DNA of 48,803 bases from Clostridia bacterium (GTDB taxonomy: Bacteria > Bacillota > Clostridia > Christensenellales > Aristaeellaceae): positions 1 to 48,803 of the forward strand of contig JAFYBB010000271.1 of the NCBI GenBank assembly GCA_017540445.1. The letters are read 5' to 3'. The position numbers and the translations under genes are program-made. The notes under the pieces are model-generated. The model was not told where the DNA came from. It searched no databases and saw nothing but the letters and a program-made list of their open reading frames with translations. Within the stretch, counting starts at the first letter, position 1. Each line of letters opens with the position of its first letter. Below, in pieces: positions 44,784 through 48,803 of this stretch.

Positions 44784-45961
44784 GCTGCTGGGCCGTGGTC
44801 GTAGCTGCGGGGCGCGGCGAGCGGGCGGGGCTCGGGCACAACAAGGTGTTTGAGCCCGTCCGGGGCCGCACCGTGCTGGCCCGCTGCCTGGACGCCTTTA
44901 CGCGCTCCGGCCGGTTCGACGGCGTGGCGCTGGTGCTTTCAGAGCAGGAAATACCGGCGTTCGAGGCGCTGCGCCAGCGCGAGGGCCCGTTCCCGCTGGT
45001 GCGCCGCGTCGTTCCCGGCGGCGCGTCGCGGCGCGATTCGGTGTATCACGGCCTGGAAGCGCTGCCCGGCGACACGCAGCTCGTGGCCATCCACGACGCC
45101 GCGCGGCCCTTTGTGACGAACGATGTCATCGACGCCACGCTGGACGCCGCGGCGCAATTCGGCAGCGGCGTGATCTCCACGCCGGTCACCGACACCATCA
45201 AGCTATTGCTGCCGGACGGCTCGGTCACGACGCCCGACCGCGGCGCGCTGCGCGCCGTGCAGACGCCCCAGGCCTTTCGCTTCGACATGATCCTGAAGGC
45301 CCACCGGTCGGCCCAGGCGGACGCCTTCCCGGCCACCGACGACGCGATGCTGTTTGAACACTACTATGGCGGCGTGAAGCTGGTGACGGCTCCCGGCGCG
45401 CAGGAGAACATCAAATTGACGACGAGAGCGGATTTTGAGGCCGTCGCGGGCCGCGGTTTTTCGGACATGCGCGTCGGCCACGGATACGACGCCCACCGGC
45501 TGAAATCCGGCAGGCGGCTCGTGCTGTGCGGGGTGGAGGTGCCCCACGACCGGGGCCTGGACGGGCATTCCGACGCGGACGTGGCCGTCCACGCGCTGAT
45601 GGACGCGCTGCTGGGCGCGCTGGGCCTGGGCGACATCGGCGGCCACTTCCCGGACACCGACCCAGCCTACGAAGGCATCGACTCGATGAAGCTGCTGCAA
45701 AAGGTCATGGACGAGGTCCGTGCGATGGGCTATGGCATGGGCAACGCCGACATCACCATCGTGGCGCAGAAGCCGAAGCTGGCCGGGTTCATACCCCGGA
45801 TGAAGGCGCGCGTCGCCGGGGCCCTCGGCGTTTCGCCGGACCGCGTGAACGTGAAGGCCACCACCACGGAGCGGATGGGCTTTGAGGGCGAGGAGACGGG
45901 CATCTCCGCCCAGGCCGTCGCCCTGCTGATCCGGGACGCGCTGAATGTCCCGGCAAATTGA
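44780..45961 (+). CDS. ispDF: Bifunctional IspD/IspF (MEP cytidylyltransferase / MEcPP synthase)
   Basis: The N-terminal half reads VVVAAGRGERAG...IHDAARPF (IspD). The C-terminal half reads RVGHGYDAHRL...GHSDADVAVHALMDALLGA (IspF). An ATGA overlap joins it to the upstream gene. Confidence 0.9.
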   Translation: MSCWAVVVAAGRGERAGLGHNKVFEPVRGRTVLARCLDAFTRSGRFDGVALVLSEQEIPAFEALRQREGPFPLVRRVVPGGASRRDSVYHGLEALPGDTQLVAIHDAARPFVTNDVIDATLDAAAQFGSGVISTPVTDTIKLLLPDGSVTTPDRGALRAVQTPQAFRFDMILKAHRSAQADAFPATDDAMLFEHYYGGVKLVTAPGAQENIKLTTRADFEAVAGRGFSDMRVGHGYDAHRLKSGRRLVLCGVEVPHDRGLDGHSDADVAVHALMDALLGALGLGDIGGHFPDTDPAYEGIDSMKLLQKVMDEVRAMGYGMGNADITIVAQKPKLAGFIPRMKARVAGALGVSPDRVNVKATTTERMGFEGEETGISAQAVALLIRDALNVPAN

Positions 45962-46035
45962 ACGAAAACGCATGCCTCCGGCGGCCCCGCGCTGTCCGGA
46001 GGCATTGACCATCCCGGACATGCTCAAAAAAGGGC

Positions 46036-46064
46036 TTGCATTTCCGGACGGAATGATATATAAT
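46036..46064 (+). promoter_or_regulatory. Sigma-A promoter of the ctsR operon
   Basis: TTGCAT-17 nt-TATAAT. Confidence 0.65.
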
Positions 46065-46081
46065 AGTCAAAGATGGTCAAT
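46065..46081 (+). promoter_or_regulatory. CtsR operator (tandem heptad direct repeat)
   Basis: AGTCAAAgatGGTCAAT matches the A/GGTCAAAnanA/GGTCAAA consensus. It abuts the -10 box. Confidence 0.7.
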
Positions 46082-46095
46082 AGAAGGTGATCGGT

Positions 46096-46578
46096 ATGGC
46101 ACAGCTCAGCGACAGCATTGAGCATTTTATCAAGGACCTGATGCACGAGGACGCCCGTGTGGAGCTGCGGCGCAATGAACTGGCCCAGCACTTCGGCTGC
46201 GCGCCGTCGCAGATCAACTACGTGCTGGCCACGCGCTTCTCGGTGGATCACGGCTATATCATCGAATCCAGGCGCGGCGGCGGCGGCTACGTGCGCATCG
46301 TGCGGATGCAGGGCGGGGGACAGTCCAATTTGCTGGACATGCTGCTGAACCGCGTCGGCAACTCGGTGGACGAGGAGACGGCGAACGCGATCATCTCCAA
46401 CCTGTTCGAGCGCAATATGATCAGCGGGCGCGAGGCCGCGCTGATGCGCGCCGCCGTATCCCGCAACGCGCTGGCGCTGCCGGTGAGCGCGAAGGACGTG
46501 CTCCGCGCGGCGGTTTTCAGGAACATGCTGGTTCAGGTGTTCAGGAATGTAGAGGAGGCAAAGCATGATGATGTGTGA
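46096..46578 (+). CDS. ctsR: Class III stress-gene repressor CtsR
   Basis: LSDSIEHFIKDLM...ELRRNELAQHFGCAPSQINYVLATRF...GYIIESRRGGGGYVRI. Confidence 0.9.
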   Translation: MAQLSDSIEHFIKDLMHEDARVELRRNELAQHFGCAPSQINYVLATRFSVDHGYIIESRRGGGGYVRIVRMQGGGQSNLLDMLLNRVGNSVDEETANAIISNLFERNMISGREAALMRAAVSRNALALPVSAKDVLRAAVFRNMLVQVFRNVEEAKHDDV

Positions 46579-47158
46579 GGATTGCGGCATTCGCCCCGCG
46601 AAGTTCCACCTGATGACCATCATCAATGGCGATCGCGTGGAGCGCAACCTGTGTCCGGGCTGCATGGCCAGGCACCAGAAGCAGATACCCGGGTTTGACT
46701 TTTCCAACCTGGCGGGCATACTGAACAGCATACTCGAGGACAGCAAGGCCGCCGAGCAGGAGGGCCCGGACCCTGAGCTGGAGGGCTACGTGTGCGAGCA
46801 GTGCGGCATGACCTATCTGGAGTTCCAGAAGTGCGGCATGCTGGGCTGCGCCAACTGCTACCAGGCGTTCAAGACGCCGCTGACGGCGCTGTTGCAGCGG
46901 GTGCACGGCAACACCCAGCACGCGGGCAGGATCCCCGGCGGCGTGCACAACGGCACGTCGATCCGCATGAACATCGACCGGCTGAAGCAGAAGCTGCAAA
47001 AGGCCGTCGCTGACGAGGAGTACGAGCAGGCCGCCCGGCTGCGCGACGCCATTCGTGCGCTGAATCTGCAGCTGGACCGCAAGGATACGGACATCAAGGT
47101 CAGGCCGCAGGAGCGGCTGAACGCCGAGGACGAAGGGGAGATGAACGAACATGTATGA
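46565..47158 (+). CDS. mcsA: Protein-arginine kinase activator McsA (zinc fingers plus UVR motif)
   Basis: CEDCG...CPGC and CEQCG...CANC are present, with a UVR-like EEYEQAARLRDAIRAL. Confidence 0.9.
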   Translation: MMMCEDCGIRPAKFHLMTIINGDRVERNLCPGCMARHQKQIPGFDFSNLAGILNSILEDSKAAEQEGPDPELEGYVCEQCGMTYLEFQKCGMLGCANCYQAFKTPLTALLQRVHGNTQHAGRIPGGVHNGTSIRMNIDRLKQKLQKAVADEEYEQAARLRDAIRALNLQLDRKDTDIKVRPQERLNAEDEGEMNEHV

Positions 47159-48176
47159 GTACGTGCTTGCGCCCGAGCAGGACGTGGTCATCTCCAGCCG
47201 CGTTCGCCTGTCCCGGAACTACGAGGACCTGCCATTCTCGCCGAAGCTGACCCCGGAATACTCCGAGGAGGTCATCGAGCGCACGGCGGACGCCGTGTTC
47301 AAGACGGAAAACGGCGCGGCGTTCACGCTGCTGCGCATGGGCGAGCTGGAGGAGGACGCCCGCTCCCGGCTGGTGGAGCACCACCTGATCAGCTACGACC
47401 TGCTGAAGTTCGTCAACCGCTCCGCCGCGATGGTGTCGTCGGCGGGCACGGTCACGGTCATGCTGAACGAGGAGGACCACGTGCGATTCCAGGGCCTGCT
47501 GCCGGGGCTGCAGCTGGAGCGCTCGGCGGAGATGGCGCTGAAGCTGGACGAGGCGCTCAGCGAGCGCTATCCCTTCGCCTTCGACCCGCAGTGGGGCTTT
47601 CTGACGTCCTGCCCCGCCAACACGGGCACCGGGCTGCGCGCCAGCGTGATACTGCACCTGCCGGCCATCTCCGGCGGCGGGCAGATGGGCGCGGTGATGC
47701 AGACCGTCGCCAAGCTGGGGCTCACGATCCGCGGGCTCTACGGCGAGGGCAGCGAGGCCCAGGGCAATCTTTACCAGCTGTCCAACCAGGCGACCCTGGG
47801 CCGCAGCGAGGAGGACGTGATCCGCGCGCTCTCCGCGGCCTCCGGCCAGATCGTCGAGCACGAGCGCAGCATGCGCGAGCAGGTCGAAAAGCGCGACATG
47901 CTGCAGCTGCAGGATAGGCTGATGCGCTCCTGGGGAGAATTGATGTATGCGCGGCTGATGACCACCAAGGAGTTCATGCGCCGCTATTCCGACATACGCT
48001 ACGCCGCCAGCATGGGCTATCTGCACGCGCCGCTGCCGGGCCTGGATTCGCTGATGATGGACGTTCAGCCGGGCTCGCTGGGGGTCCGCGCGGGCAAGCT
48101 GATCAGCCCCAGGGAATCGGAGATCCTGCGCGCGAAGACACTGCGGGAGGAGCTTCAAAAGCTGGTGGCCGAGTAA
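47151..48176 (+). CDS. mcsB: Protein arginine kinase McsB (ATP:guanido phosphotransferase)
   Basis: SSRVRLSRNY and CPANTGTGLRASV are present, plus the NQATLG signature region. Confidence 0.95.
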   Translation: MYEYVLAPEQDVVISSRVRLSRNYEDLPFSPKLTPEYSEEVIERTADAVFKTENGAAFTLLRMGELEEDARSRLVEHHLISYDLLKFVNRSAAMVSSAGTVTVMLNEEDHVRFQGLLPGLQLERSAEMALKLDEALSERYPFAFDPQWGFLTSCPANTGTGLRASVILHLPAISGGGQMGAVMQTVAKLGLTIRGLYGEGSEAQGNLYQLSNQATLGRSEEDVIRALSAASGQIVEHERSMREQVEKRDMLQLQDRLMRSWGELMYARLMTTKEFMRRYSDIRYAASMGYLHAPLPGLDSLMMDVQPGSLGVRAGKLISPRESEILRAKTLREELQKLVAE

Positions 48177-48209
48177 ACCGTTCCCACATCGCCAGATCGG
48201 AGGAAATCG

Positions 48210-48803
48210 ATGGCATATTTCGCGAAATTCACTGAGCGCGGACAGCGCGCGCTGATCGCCGCGCAGCGCGAGGCGGCGCAGCTGGGGCGCACCTATGTGG
48301 GCACCGAGCACCTGCTCCTGGGCGTACTGACGGAGCCCGGCGGCGCGGTATCGGTGCTGCGGGGCATCACGCTGGAGGCCGTGCGCGCCGAGGTCGTGCA
48401 GATACTGGGCCGCGGCGACGACAACGTGCAGGGCAAGCAGATGGTCCTCACGCCCAGAACCAAGAAGGTGATCGAGCAGAGCATGCGCGAGGCCCGGGAC
48501 CTGAAGCAGAACTACGTGAGCACCGAGCATCTGCTACTGGCCCTGATGCGCGAGCGCGAGGGCGTGGCCGCCCACGTGCTGATCAAGATGGGCATGGACC
48601 TTTCCAAGGCCCGGGACGAGCTGCTGCGCATCCTCACCGGCGCCGAGGACGACGTGCCCGGCGCGCCGGAGAGCGCGGCCGCCGACACGCCGATACTCAA
48701 CCAGTTCTCCCGCGACCTGACCGCGGGGGCGCGCCACGGCGAGCTGGACCCGGTAGTGGGCCGCGAGAACGAGATCGAGCGCATCGTGCAGATCCTCTCC
48801 CGC
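48210..48803 (+). CDS. clpC: ATP-dependent Clp protease ATPase ClpC, 3' end cut by window edge
   Basis: This ORF is not in the ORF track because no stop falls in the window. My own translation from ATG 48210 gives MAYFAKFTERGQRALIAAQREAAQLGRTYVGTEHLLLGVL... It contains two Clp_N repeats, then ...LDPVVGRENEIERIVQILSR. RBS is GGAGGAA. Confidence 0.9.
   Translation, partial: MAYFAKFTERGQRALIAAQREAAQLGRTYVGTEHLLLGVLTEPGGAVSVLRGITLEAVRAEVVQILGRGDDNVQGKQMVLTPRTKKVIEQSMREARDLKQNYVSTEHLLLALMREREGVAAHVLIKMGMDLSKARDELLRILTGAEDDVPGAPESAAADTPILNQFSRDLTAGARHGELDPVVGRENEIERIVQILSR

Noticed and set aside
47100-48530. 476-aa minus-strand ORF
   Set aside because: It is antisense to mcsB and the clpC 5' end, both of which are strongly recognisable.

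Overview
High-GC (roughly 60-65% by eye) chromosomal segment from an endospore-forming Firmicute, Clostridia-like; possibly Oscillospirales, but that is inference only. It is almost entirely core genome. Gene calls rest on motifs read from the supplied translations and on recalled Bacillus/Clostridium synteny; no searches were run.

Content in order:
- pepF 3' end and two tRNA-Ser genes.
- An AT-richer single secreted-protein gene, then reverse rubrerythrin.
- The conserved minus-strand block yqfC-yqfD-phoH-pgpH-ybeY/cdd-era-recO.
- dus, a small orphan histidine kinase and mscL.
- A BMP-family (nucleoside-type) ABC transporter operon carrying an embedded FucI/AraA-like gene.
- A divergent CUT2 sugar ABC operon.
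- spoIIGA-sigE, ylmC, nrdR, an OmpR/PhoR-type two-component pair and traX.
- A T-box leader in front of a sodium:solute symporter.
- A tandem-domain thyX, recX, yebC, holA-comEC and an MBL hydrolase.
- An AsnB-like gene lacking the N-terminal Cys.
- spoVT-yabN(mazG)-hup-yabO-ispDF and ctsR-mcsA-mcsB-clpC (3' truncated).

I see no CRISPR array, transposase, integrase, prophage or recognisable defence, toxin or biosynthetic cluster, so I cannot support a claim of a new multi-gene system here.

The observations most worth a second look are:
- a nested palindromic heptad-repeat element bracketed by two terminators (12961-13242);
- a YbeY-cytidine deaminase gene fusion;
- a FucI/AraA-like gene inside the BMP ABC operon;
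- a probable Tyr (UAC) T-box controlling an SSF transporter;
- a Cys-less AsnB homologue;
- a tandem ThyX with a degenerate N-terminal copy;
- MscL with a C-terminal zinc ribbon.

Many very long ORFs in the supplied track are antisense or alternative-frame shadow ORFs typical of high-GC DNA, and were rejected.
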